From positions 1 to 53,672 of the IMG/VR virus record IMGVR_UViG_3300027734_000094: a stretch of DNA of 53,672 nt; one strand, written 5' to 3'. The notes beneath the pieces were generated by a model, which saw nothing but the letters and a program-made list of their open reading frames with translations, was not told the DNA's origin and did no database searches. Numbering within the stretch: position 1 is the first letter of the stretch; every line of letters starts with the position of its first letter. Source of the stretch: a virus. Its lineage: Duplodnaviria; Caudoviricetes. Positions 34,498 through 42,932 of the stretch are shown here, piece by piece. Made by a program: the position numbers and the translations under genes.

Positions 34498-36897
34498 TCA
34501 CGCCATGAAGCCTTGAAAGATGTAGGTTGAACCTGCAACCGGCGTACCGATCCACGTAAACGAACACCCGCTCAGATAAGGCACACTGGCACCCGAGCTT
34601 TCCGAGATCACCTGCGCGTAAGCTCCGGGAGTTCCGGTGTTGCAAAAGCATTGCTGGACGAACGGAAACACCGCTGTTGGGTAGGCTATATCGGTGCCCG
34701 CGACTGTGGGGAAAGTGATACGGCACTGTGGATTGGCTGCGGGACCAGTTCCAGCAACGATTGTGATGCGCCAACGCCCCGCGAAGGAGTTGGCATAGGG
34801 CGTAATGACCGCGCCCGCCCCCCAATTCACGAGACGAAAATCGCCTGCTATACCAGACCCGTCAATGGTGCCGCCAACAAGAGCCGTCCCTCCACGCTGG
34901 ATAAGCTTTTGTGGCCGGAAAACGCCGTCGAGATACAGATTACCTGCAGCGCCTCGGTACAAGGCCACATCCAGCGAAGCGGTGCCGTCGCCCCAACTCT
35001 GCCGTCCAGATGCCAAGCGCTGATAAAGCGCAAAAGCCGAGCGCGCACCCGTCCCTTCATCCACCGTGCCCGTGCGCTCAATCGGATCGGTCGAAGACGG
35101 CATATATGTATCGTTCAGTTCGCGCGTGAACGAATAGAAGCGGTATTCCTTGGCAACTGTGGTCGAACGAACCTGATCGTCCACAAGGAAGTCGGACACA
35201 GACAGGCTGGAACCCATGCGGCAGTTCGCCAGCGAGTAAAACGATACTTTTGTGCCGGTCAAAAGCAGGATGGCATTCGTAACAGGAGTGCCGCCGCCGA
35301 GCGGGTTGCTCGGGATCGTGTTGACGTTTTCAACCGCCACAGTCACGCGCTCCATCATGTGAAGCTGTACCGTATTAGGCGAATAGGCCGTCGTGCTGGA
35401 GGCCGAGCTATCAATCTCATGCTTCAAGTCGCGGAAAACAATATCCTCCGCCGCCATGTTCTGCGCCGCCGCCACGCGCAGCGAGCCGTCGAGCATGATC
35501 AGCGCAGGCTGATAGGTTAGCGCAGCGCCCGCCGCGTCAACCGTCTGCGACACGCCGCCGATGAAGTCGCCCTGAATATCATCAAAGACGAGGCTATGCG
35601 TTCCGCGATTGGCGTTATAGTCGAAGTGGATCACCGACCCGCCAAGATACCGCCCCCACAGCCTGCGGAACCGCCCCGGCAGCGGAATGACGTTGCCGTA
35701 GATCGCATCTTGCGCGAAGTTGTGAAACTCGCACTCTTCAAAATAACAGTTCTGGATGGCATAGACACCATCGAAGGCAATTGCGCGCCCGGTGGTATTG
35801 GTAACATCGCCCGGCCCGGTCCAGTTGCCGCGAAAGCAGACCCGCGAAATGCTGGTATCAGTCAGGCTGTCGCCCGTGTAGATTGAGCCCGATGCAACGG
35901 TCTGCGACTTGTTGACGGTATAGGTGCCCACGCCGCCCGTGCCGGTGTCGGCGCTCGGGATCGTCGTTACCGTAGTGATGGCGACGTTCTGCGCCGCGCC
36001 GCCAATGGTGTACGTCCCGATACCGCCTGTACCTGACCCGAAACCGGTGATTGTTGCGGTCGTGAACGCGCCCGTAATCTGGTCGCCCACCTTGATCTGA
36101 CCGGCAGGTCGTCCAAGGGCCGTGACTTCAAAGATGTTCCCCGCCCCGCCAAAACCGTCGCTGATCTTCCCCGTCACCACCGCCCGGCGCGAAATGATCT
36201 GCGTTCCGAAGGTGATAGTGTTGGCTGCGTTCTGGAGACCATTGCCCACGCGGATTATGCCGTCGGGCACCACTGCCGTAACGGTCAGCGTGGTGCCGCT
36301 GATCGATCCGGTGAACTGCGCCGTGCGGGTTGAGTTGGCGTTGAAAAGGATCATGTTGCCGTTGTAGCCAGCCTTGGCAACAAGGGTCGTCTGCGAGCCG
36401 CGATTGAGCCAGCCATTGGTCGGCGGGCCGCTGTTGCTGGTCCCCGCGCCGCGCCCGCGCAAGTTGACGTACTGGTAGCCCTGAATATCGGCATCAATCA
36501 CATAGGTGCCGAAGCCGAGATCGATGTCAGGGTGAATGCCGCCGTTGCTGTTAAAGGCTATCAAGTAGGCGAGCTGGATTGCGCAACGGTCCACCGAATT
36601 GGTCAGGCTGGTAGCGAACGGATAGACCGCCTGCGCCGCAGCAAGCGTGCCGTAAAACTCCGAAAGCGGGTGCAGCGTGCCGTCGCCTACTGCGCCGAGG
36701 TTCTTGACGTTGATCGTGTTTGCAGCAAACTTAGAGAGGGTGCTAGGAACGGTGTAGCCGTTCATACCAGCGGCATATCCGATCAAAGCCGCCCCCTCGC
36801 CCGCAGCAGTCGAGGCAAAAGCGGCAAAATTTTCATTCATATCAGCGGCATAGATAACCTCACCACTGACGAAGGTATTAGGAATGGGCATACTCAA
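34498..36897 (-). CDS. tailspike with pectate-lyase-like beta-helix
   Basis: INVKNLGAVGDG, AIQ.A, GTY.I, L.G.G; parallel beta-helix pattern. Confidence 0.8.
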   Translation of the reverse strand: MSMPIPNTFVSGEVIYAADMNENFAAFASTAAGEGAALIGYAAGMNGYTVPSTLSKFAANTINVKNLGAVGDGTLHPLSEFYGTLAAAQAVYPFATSLTNSVDRCAIQLAYLIAFNSNGGIHPDIDLGFGTYVIDADIQGYQYVNLRGRGAGTSNSGPPTNGWLNRGSQTTLVAKAGYNGNMILFNANSTRTAQFTGSISGTTLTVTAVVPDGIIRVGNGLQNAANTITFGTQIISRRAVVTGKISDGFGGAGNIFEVTALGRPAGQIKVGDQITGAFTTATITGFGSGTGGIGTYTIGGAAQNVAITTVTTIPSADTGTGGVGTYTVNKSQTVASGSIYTGDSLTDTSISRVCFRGNWTGPGDVTNTTGRAIAFDGVYAIQNCYFEECEFHNFAQDAIYGNVIPLPGRFRRLWGRYLGGSVIHFDYNANRGTHSLVFDDIQGDFIGGVSQTVDAAGAALTYQPALIMLDGSLRVAAAQNMAAEDIVFRDLKHEIDSSASSTTAYSPNTVQLHMMERVTVAVENVNTIPSNPLGGGTPVTNAILLLTGTKVSFYSLANCRMGSSLSVSDFLVDDQVRSTTVAKEYRFYSFTRELNDTYMPSSTDPIERTGTVDEGTGARSAFALYQRLASGRQSWGDGTASLDVALYRGAAGNLYLDGVFRPQKLIQRGGTALVGGTIDGSGIAGDFRLVNWGAGAVITPYANSFAGRWRITIVAGTGPAANPQCRITFPTVAGTDIAYPTAVFPFVQQCFCNTGTPGAYAQVISESSGASVPYLSGCSFTWIGTPVAGSTYIFQGFMA

Positions 36898-36931
36898 ACT
36901 CCAGAGACCGTAAGTCTATATATGTTAATTG

Positions 36932-37423
36932 TTAACCATATAGGCATCTATCCCAGCGGCTTTCATCATATATACCTACAGTATAACTTCCCGCGTCTAC
37001 GACTACCGAGCCGATACCACCCTGCATTTGTAGCACATCTACAAGCCCAGACAACTGGAGTGGGTTATTGAGGCCCACGGGGTTCCAGCCCCACTGGATC
37101 ACACGGCTACCGCCCGATGGGCCACCAAAAGCAAGCGAGTTAATATCAGGTACTTCGCCGTGCGTCTCTTCCTTAAGGCCGGTAAGGCCCGCCTGCCAGT
37201 ACGTGGTATCCGGGCGCGGGTTACGCAGTGCCTGAGGATCATCTACCGGATACATACCAAGCTGCAGCTGTGGCTGATCAGGTTCCCAGCACGTGGGGCA
37301 CACGAGAATATTGACGTTCTTCGTCTTGATGACGAGTTGCTTAAGCTCCTTGAGCTTATAGCGGAATCCGCAGCGGTCGCACTGCGAGATAGCCCGCTTA
37401 CCAGAGGCAAACCGGTTAGGCAC
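36932..37423 (-). CDS. conserved structural-module protein with CxxC..CxxC
   Basis: CDRCGF, VCPTCWEPDQPQL, DPQALRNPRPD. Confidence 0.75.
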   Translation of the reverse strand: MPNRFASGKRAISQCDRCGFRYKLKELKQLVIKTKNVNILVCPTCWEPDQPQLQLGMYPVDDPQALRNPRPDTTYWQAGLTGLKEETHGEVPDINSLAFGGPSGGSRVIQWGWNPVGLNNPLQLSGLVDVLQMQGGIGSVVVDAGSYTVGIYDESRWDRCLYG

Positions 37424-37426
37424 AGA

Positions 37427-38134
37427 TCACCTAAAATACTGGCGCGGTGCAATCCGCAGCGCAGCCTTTTCACGGTCCTCGTTTGCCGCCTGATCCCAAG
37501 CCTCGTCATACATAGCCTTAAGCATCTCTACGCGCGGGAGAGCGTCAGGTAGCTTCATGGAGAGGTGGTAAGCCAGACCGGCCACCATGCACGGCAAAAA
37601 GCGGAACGGGATATCCTGTGTAGCCACGCCGGTACCGGTATCTTGGATACGGCGAAGCCGCCAGTATACGAACGTATAGTAGTTGGACTGCTCCGGCGCG
37701 GGCCACACGTTGATCTGGGGGTTCTTAACCCCCGTAGGAGTGGTCGCACCTGACTGGCGGTTAATCCACACCTGAATAGGACGCCCCTGCGCGTTCTTAT
37801 TCGGGATCGTGGCGTAGGTATCGACGCTAATGCGGTTGATATTGATATCGGTCTGCCCCTGCCCGCTCTGGGTACGGATGACGTGCTCTATGAGGTCGAT
37901 TGTATCGACGGGCAGGTCGTATGTGATCTGACCTTGCACCATGGCAATGCTGCCCTGCTCAACCGTCCAGAGGTTAATACCCCGGTTAGCCCACTCAATC
38001 GTGAGTAGATTGAGACTCCGGCGAGCGGTACGAAAGTCGTAACCAGTCCTAAGCTCGGCACCGCAGCGCTCGAACGCCTCCTCAACCAGCTCGTTGAGAT
38101 TCAGATTGAACGAGGCAGTACCAGTCGTGGTCAT
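37427..38134 (-). CDS. putative head-tail connector / tail tubular protein A-like
   Basis: EEAFER.G, ARRSLNLL..EWANRG.NLW, WPAP, GLAY.L. Confidence 0.7.
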   Translation of the reverse strand: MTTTGTASFNLNLNELVEEAFERCGAELRTGYDFRTARRSLNLLTIEWANRGINLWTVEQGSIAMVQGQITYDLPVDTIDLIEHVIRTQSGQGQTDININRISVDTYATIPNKNAQGRPIQVWINRQSGATTPTGVKNPQINVWPAPEQSNYYTFVYWRLRRIQDTGTGVATQDIPFRFLPCMVAGLAYHLSMKLPDALPRVEMLKAMYDEAWDQAANEDREKAALRIAPRQYFR

Positions 38135-38529
38135 CTATAACTCGCTGTCTTCTTGGCTATTGTCTTGGGCTGCTTGACGAACTGCTTGCCCGCCTTGGTG
38201 CCCTCACGCTTAGCCTTGGTTGTAGCAGCATATTCGGAAGATGTCAGCGCCTGCCGTGCCTTCTTAGGGAGGTAGCGCTCGCCGGTAGCCTTGGCACCCT
38301 GCGTGGACGGCTTGCCCGACTTGGTGCCCCAGTCCTCCTTGATCCATTTGGACAGGGATTTCTGCGCTTCCGTCTTGGGGCCAGAGTAACCTCCACCAGA
38401 CTTCTTGTACCGCTGGGTCGCAAGTTCAGCCTTGCGAGCGGACCACTGACCCGGCTTTCCACCCTTATCGCTAGCCTTCACACTAGCGACAACACGCTTC
38501 CATTTGCCTTCGTCAGTATGCCCGGCCAC
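38131..38529 (-). CDS. basic conserved phage protein
   Basis: GGKPGQWSARKA..YKK.GGGY, W.TKSGK, ERYLP. Confidence 0.75.
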   Translation of the reverse strand: MAGHTDEGKWKRVVASVKASDKGGKPGQWSARKAELATQRYKKSGGGYSGPKTEAQKSLSKWIKEDWGTKSGKPSTQGAKATGERYLPKKARQALTSSEYAATTKAKREGTKAGKQFVKQPKTIAKKTASYR

Positions 38530-38778
38530 TTACTTCCCTTTCTTGAACCCCTTCAGCACCTGCGCGAAGCGGGCACGCTGACCGAGCTTACCGGGAGCCT
38601 TCGCAGCTTTGGCCAGAGCCTTACTCGGAATCTTCTTACCTTCCGGCACGCCCATCTGCTTGTGCAGCGCACCGGGCTTCTTGATGGCCTTGGAGATATC
38701 CAGCTTGCCGCCCTTGGCCATGGCCTTGTTGGGCACCTTGGACTTCTTCATGTCACCCATGCCGCGAGACGCGCGCAT
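38530..38778 (-). CDS. small basic protein with MAKGG motif
   Basis: TGATG-coupled start; MAKGG then AIKKPGALH..GVP.GKKIP. Confidence 0.75.
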   Translation of the reverse strand: MRASRGMGDMKKSKVPNKAMAKGGKLDISKAIKKPGALHKQMGVPEGKKIPSKALAKAAKAPGKLGQRARFAQVLKGFKKGK

Positions 38779-39062
38779 CAGCACATACCCCCGCGCTTCA
38801 TGGCAACCTGCTTGCCCTTGGTCTTACCCTTCTTAGCAATACCATCGGCGCGGGATGACACAGAGCCACCAGCAGCGTAGCCCATCTTACCCATAGCGCC
38901 GAGCTTAGGCTTGGGTGCCGGAGCCGCCTTCTTCGGCGTGGGTTCGTAAGGCGTACGGTTACCGCGAGCCACGATAGCCTTATCGCTACCAAGGGTAGCG
39001 CGGTAGGTGTCGATAGGCTTGCGCTTCGACTCCATGAGCGGCTTGGTCTTCTTGTCTACCAT
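38778..39062 (-). CDS. tagged basic protein (array member)
   Basis: YAAGGSVSSRADGIAKKGKTKG..MKRGGMC. Confidence 0.8.
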   Translation of the reverse strand: MVDKKTKPLMESKRKPIDTYRATLGSDKAIVARGNRTPYEPTPKKAAPAPKPKLGAMGKMGYAAGGSVSSRADGIAKKGKTKGKQVAMKRGGMC

Positions 39063-39074
39063 CTTGTGTTCCTT

Positions 39075-39809
39075 TCAGCGTGCTTTGGTCTTGCCACGGA
39101 TGGCGCAACCGTCGATGGAGCCACCCTTGGCGAGCTTCTTGGTGGTAAACGCATCAGGGTTATTACGCCATGCAGGCACACCCGCCATATCTTTAGCTTC
39201 CTTATCCTTCTTGGCTGCTGCCTCTGCGGCAACATTACGGCGTTGGCGTAGGCCCTCCAGCGCACCCCTCCTGACCGCCTTAATAGGGGTAGGGGCGGCC
39301 CTCTCTTCCACATAAGAAGAAACGTCCTTCATCCCCGGAGTACGCTTCAAGAAAGAAGGGGCACCCACGCTACCAAACGGGCCAGCATCTTGAGGGGGGT
39401 TCCCACGCACGACAGGAGGGGCACCCTTGGGGGTAGGGGGCGTTCTACGCTCGGCGGGGGCCTTAGCAGCAGGCGCATCGCGCTTGACAGTGGGCTTAGG
39501 AGTAGAACCCGCCATACGGGCTACCTTCTTCTCTCCGCGCCATGTGAAGGTCTCTTTATTCGGATCACGGCCAGCCTTGATCGCTGCCGCACGAGCAGCC
39601 TTGAAGGCGGAACCGAAGCTGCCTGCGTCAGACATACCTTGCTTCGTCTTTGCGCCGATCTTGGAGACGGCTTCGTCCAGACCCTTGTCCAGACGCTTCG
39701 TCGAGTACGCGTGAGGCGAGGCCGAAGAGGGCTTATCGATAGCCATCTGGACACCAGATATACGCGAACCGTACTTCTGCAGGTCTTTATCCTTGAGCTT
39801 ACGTGCCAT
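39075..39809 (-). CDS. tagged basic protein (array member)
   Basis: Start MARKLK via TGATG overlap; SFGSAFKAAR..FTWRG; ends LAKGGSIDGCAIRGKTKAR. Confidence 0.8.
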   Translation of the reverse strand: MARKLKDKDLQKYGSRISGVQMAIDKPSSASPHAYSTKRLDKGLDEAVSKIGAKTKQGMSDAGSFGSAFKAARAAAIKAGRDPNKETFTWRGEKKVARMAGSTPKPTVKRDAPAAKAPAERRTPPTPKGAPPVVRGNPPQDAGPFGSVGAPSFLKRTPGMKDVSSYVEERAAPTPIKAVRRGALEGLRQRRNVAAEAAAKKDKEAKDMAGVPAWRNNPDAFTTKKLAKGGSIDGCAIRGKTKAR

Positions 39810-39982
39810 CACTTCTTCCCCATCCAACGCTGCACAGTCTCCGTCTCGTAGATACGGATAGCCGTCCACACAATCGTGAAGATCGCTGCCACTGCCGGAA
39901 GCACGCTGATCATAGTCCCCAGCACAGTTGCAAACGATAACACGTCTATAGCATATTTTGTGGCTTCATCATGGTCAGTCAT
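39809..39982 (-). CDS. 57-aa membrane protein (holin-like), absent from ORF track
   Basis: Hand translation MTDHDEATKYAIDVLSFATVLGTMISVLPAVAAIFTIVWTAIRIYETETVQRWMGKK; fills the gap exactly. Confidence 0.7.
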   Translation of the reverse strand: MTDHDEATKYAIDVLSFATVLGTMISVLPAVAAIFTIVWTAIRIYETETVQRWMGKK

Positions 39983-39983
39983 G

Positions 39984-40244
39984 TCAGCAGTCCCACTTCT
40001 GCAAAGACAATGCCTTACGTGTCGGGCGACCCTTCTCGTCCTTCATAGGACCGGGCATTCCCGACATCCGGGCACAGAAGCTCTTGCGGCGACCCGCAGC
40101 TTTAGGCGACTTCTTGGCCTGCTCCGAGCTTACGGGCGGCTTCAGATTCATACCCTGCTTCTTTGCGGAGGCACGCCCTTTGGCGTTAAGGCCACCCTTA
40201 GGGTTCTTGCCTTCCTTACGAGTCCAAGCCGGAGTTTTTGCCAT
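39984..40244 (-). CDS. small basic conserved phage protein
   Basis: AW.RKEGKNPKGGLNAKGRAS..RRKSFCARM..ALSL.KW.C. Confidence 0.8.
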   Translation of the reverse strand: MAKTPAWTRKEGKNPKGGLNAKGRASAKKQGMNLKPPVSSEQAKKSPKAAGRRKSFCARMSGMPGPMKDEKGRPTRKALSLQKWDC

Positions 40245-40552
40245 TACACGAACCTCCCCTTGGTCTTACCCTTGGTAGCGCAGCCATCAGCGCGCGACGA
40301 GGCCGAGCCGCCCTTAGCCATCTTCTTGGCCTTGGCTTTGCCGCCACGCTTCATACCGTCACCTGAGTCGGACACCACAGTATCGCCCTTGGCTGCTTTA
40401 GCGGCTTTACGGCGTTTCTCATCCGCCGTGTCGGTTTCACCGATAACATGCATAAGTGGACTGATCTTGCGTAGGTTGCCGAACATGCCTTCGCCGCTGG
40501 CCATACCGTAGACTGGGGAAATAGACCCGAGAATCTTGTCGAGCTTAGCCAT
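40244..40552 (-). CDS. tagged basic protein (array member)
   Basis: Ends MKRGGKAKAKKMAKGGSASSRADGCATKGKTKGRFV. Confidence 0.85.
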   Translation of the reverse strand: MAKLDKILGSISPVYGMASGEGMFGNLRKISPLMHVIGETDTADEKRRKAAKAAKGDTVVSDSGDGMKRGGKAKAKKMAKGGSASSRADGCATKGKTKGRFV

Positions 40553-40974
40553 TACACGAACCTCCCCTTGGTCTTACCCTTGGTAGCGCAGCCATCAGCG
40601 CGCTTGGAGGCAGAAGAGACCGAGCCGCCCTTAGCATAACCACGAGTTTTGTAGCTCTCGATAAGGCGCTTACGGCCTTCCCCCGAGTCTTTCAGCACCC
40701 GAGCCTTAAGACGCTTTGCAGCGGCGGCGCTATGCTTGATGCTCTTACTAGTTGGGAAATCGCCCATAGTATCATACGCATCTTCGCTGCTTTTAACCTT
40801 ATTCGCTTTATCGCCGTAGTAGCTAGCAGCCATAGACTGAGACTTCTGCAGGGCATGGTCTGCAGTATCAACCTTATCCCAGAACGACTTGCTATCCTTC
40901 TGCATAGCACGGTAATAGTTTTTCTCGTAGGGGCCAGTTTCCGTGAGTTTATCAGCGTTATTCTTCTTAGCCAT
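40552..40974 (-). CDS. tagged basic protein (array member)
   Basis: Ends YAKGGSVSSASKRADGCATKGKTKGRFV. Confidence 0.85.
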   Translation of the reverse strand: MAKKNNADKLTETGPYEKNYYRAMQKDSKSFWDKVDTADHALQKSQSMAASYYGDKANKVKSSEDAYDTMGDFPTSKSIKHSAAAAKRLKARVLKDSGEGRKRLIESYKTRGYAKGGSVSSASKRADGCATKGKTKGRFV

Positions 40975-41414
40975 TACACGAACCTCCCCTTGGTCTTACC
41001 CTTGGTAGCGCAGCCATCAGCGCGCGACGAGGCCGAGCCGCCCTTAGCCATCTTCTTGGCCTTGGCTTTGGCTTTGACCTTGCCACCTTCAGCAAAACGG
41101 AAACTAAGTCTGGCACCGACACCACCCGGTGCGTACGGGCCGGGAGCCCCTGAACCAGCAAACTGCACTGCAGAAGGCATCTGAGCCGGGCTAATCCCGC
41201 CAAAAGTGAGCTTGGGGCCGGTAATGGGTTTGCCAGCCGGGCCTCTGGAGGAGGTAATACCCCCCTTCATGTCATCTGCGGCCCTGCTAGACCTCATCTT
41301 AGACAGATCAAACTGAGACGGGCTAATCCCACCCTGAGGAGCCATAACCGTCATAGGTGCACCGGCTGTAGTAGGCCCGCCATCAGCAAAGCGCTTCATC
41401 TTCCTAGCCATCAT
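40974..41414 (-). CDS. tagged basic protein (array member)
   Basis: FADGG near N-terminus, FAEGG, ends MAKGGSASSRADGCATKGKTKGRFV. Confidence 0.85.
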   Translation of the reverse strand: MMARKMKRFADGGPTTAGAPMTVMAPQGGISPSQFDLSKMRSSRAADDMKGGITSSRGPAGKPITGPKLTFGGISPAQMPSAVQFAGSGAPGPYAPGGVGARLSFRFAEGGKVKAKAKAKKMAKGGSASSRADGCATKGKTKGRFV

Positions 41415-42148
41415 GCAACCTCCTTTGCAGCGGGAGCAATCATCGGGTAGAGGGCGTCCCTACCGAAGTCACCTTCATACTCTTGCACGCCCATATGGCC
41501 GAGCTTGATGGCCGGGTCGATCCAGACTTCGAAACCGTGCTCGCGGGCGCGGTCACAGAAGAGATAATCCTCCCCGATATACCCCTCGTCGGTCTTCATG
41601 AAATCGAACATACAGGGGATACTACGGTTGGAGCGCGTATCCTCGTAACGCCATTCGGGGTGGGCAGCGTCCAGCGTCTCAAACACATCGCGGCGTACAA
41701 GCATGAACGCTGTAGCTACACGTTTGGCGCGGACGAGGCCCATACCGTTCATGGTCAACTCGTTGTTCTCGTCATAGTCCAACGTAGCAATATAGGTCTT
41801 AACCTCACTACGCGTGCGGGGCACACCTGCGACAATACCCTTCTTAGGGTCAGCGCCCCAAGCCATGAGGCGGAAGATATCATCCGGCTCAAAGTTGATG
41901 TCGCTATCGATGAACATCAGGTAGTCGCAGTTAGACTCCAGCATATCCTGAGCAAGCAGGTTGCGGGCACGGCTGACCACCGAGCACCCGCAGATGGAGC
42001 CAATCTGAATGTCGATCCCGTGCTGCATTGCCCGCGTTGCAAAGCGCGTCAACGAAATAGCCAGCTTCAAGGAGACCTTGAAGTCATAGGCCGGAAGAGC
42101 GAAAAAGATGCTCTTTCCGGCTAGATCGTAACTGCGTTGAGCCTGCAT
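41411..42148 (-). CDS. GT-A fold glycosyltransferase (GT2-like)
   Basis: SRARN, LMFIDSDI (DxD), GEDYLFC, WIDP.I.LGH.G. Confidence 0.85.
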   Translation of the reverse strand: MQAQRSYDLAGKSIFFALPAYDFKVSLKLAISLTRFATRAMQHGIDIQIGSICGCSVVSRARNLLAQDMLESNCDYLMFIDSDINFEPDDIFRLMAWGADPKKGIVAGVPRTRSEVKTYIATLDYDENNELTMNGMGLVRAKRVATAFMLVRRDVFETLDAAHPEWRYEDTRSNRSIPCMFDFMKTDEGYIGEDYLFCDRAREHGFEVWIDPAIKLGHMGVQEYEGDFGRDALYPMIAPAAKEVA

Positions 42149-42151
42149 ATA

Positions 42152-42433
42152 TCACCCATAGAAAACTGAGACGTAGCAGTTCGTGAGCGTAGCGTAGACG
42201 TTGGTCTCGAACAACACACCTTCACCGGGGATGATGACGTTATGGAACGCAGCGGTCGCAGGTACGTCCACCTCTAACCTAGCAGTACCGCCAGAACCGC
42301 CATCCTTAAGGATAACAGTACCCGCGCCAGCCCCAGTCGAAGTGATAACCATACCCTTGACGCGGGTGCGGTAGCCCACAAGACTACCACTTGCATTCAG
42401 GTGGACATTTTTGACGTCGTATTGCATGCCCAT
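42152..42433 (-). CDS. small virion structural protein
   Basis: R.KG.., IPGEGVLF, ends FYG; GGAGG RBS. Confidence 0.7.
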   Translation of the reverse strand: MGMQYDVKNVHLNASGSLVGYRTRVKGMVITSTGAGAGTVILKDGGSGGTARLEVDVPATAAFHNVIIPGEGVLFETNVYATLTNCYVSVFYG

Positions 42434-42456
42434 AGGGAGGCCCTCCTATTGAGCTA

Positions 42457-42822
42457 TTACGCTGCGCCAAACACCAGAACGCTATAGGACGCAGCTGCGG
42501 GGTCAACTGCCAACGCCGTGATATTGGTGGCGCGGATCGTGACCGTGTTGGCCGCTGAGACGAACGCGTTGAAGATGATACCCGCAGCGGGAGCAGCGGG
42601 AAGGGCCATAGAGACTTCGTCCCCAACAGCTGCGCCGGTAACCGTGATGGTCAGGTCTGCCTGCGCAGCGGCAGCAATAGAAGGAAAGTTAAGAGAAGCT
42701 GAAGCGGTACGCAGTTTGGTAAGCGTAGCGCCAGTAGTCTCGGTACCTGTAGTCTCGTCGATCGTGACGATCTGGAAGCCGTTCTGTGAACGTACGGGAC
42801 CGCTGAAAGTCGTGTTAGCCAT
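42457..42822 (-). CDS. capsid decoration / head fibre-like protein
   Basis: Start MANTTFSGPVRS.NGF after GGAG; Ig-like C-terminus TITVTGAAVGD..VSAANTVT. Confidence 0.65.
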   Translation of the reverse strand: MANTTFSGPVRSQNGFQIVTIDETTGTETTGATLTKLRTASASLNFPSIAAAAQADLTITVTGAAVGDEVSMALPAAPAAGIIFNAFVSAANTVTIRATNITALAVDPAAASYSVLVFGAA

Positions 42823-42828
42823 CGAATA

Positions 42829-42903
42829 TCTCCGTGTAGCAGCACATTCCCACACCGTCTCTGCTACGTCTGCTAGGTCAGTCGGTGCGGGATAGATTCC
42901 TAG
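42829..42903 (-). ncRNA. candidate doubly pseudoknotted structured RNA (5' leader)
   Basis: 10-bp stem TCCCGCACCG/CGGTGTGGGA; loop CCTAG pairs with upstream CTAGG; loop GTAGCAG pairs with downstream CTGCTAC next to the SD. Confidence 0.55.
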
Positions 42904-42932
42904 TTAAGTAGGTGTATCACTTCTGCAGGCAT

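Larger units (their letters stand above)
40240..41070. repeat. three-copy dispersed direct repeat encoding the C-terminal tag, RBS and stop/start
   Basis: 40240-40340 is identical to 40970-41070 (~100 bp); 40548-40603 is identical over ~55 bp. Confidence 0.95.

Noticed and set aside
40244-40330. Tag resembling the ribosomal protein L27 N-terminus (KKAGGSSRNG)
   Set aside because: Similarity is short and low-complexity; not supportable without a profile search
40240-41070. Repeats as CRISPR or DGR template/variable repeats
   Set aside because: Spacing is gene-sized, copies lack adenine-specific mismatches, and no reverse transcriptase or cas genes are present
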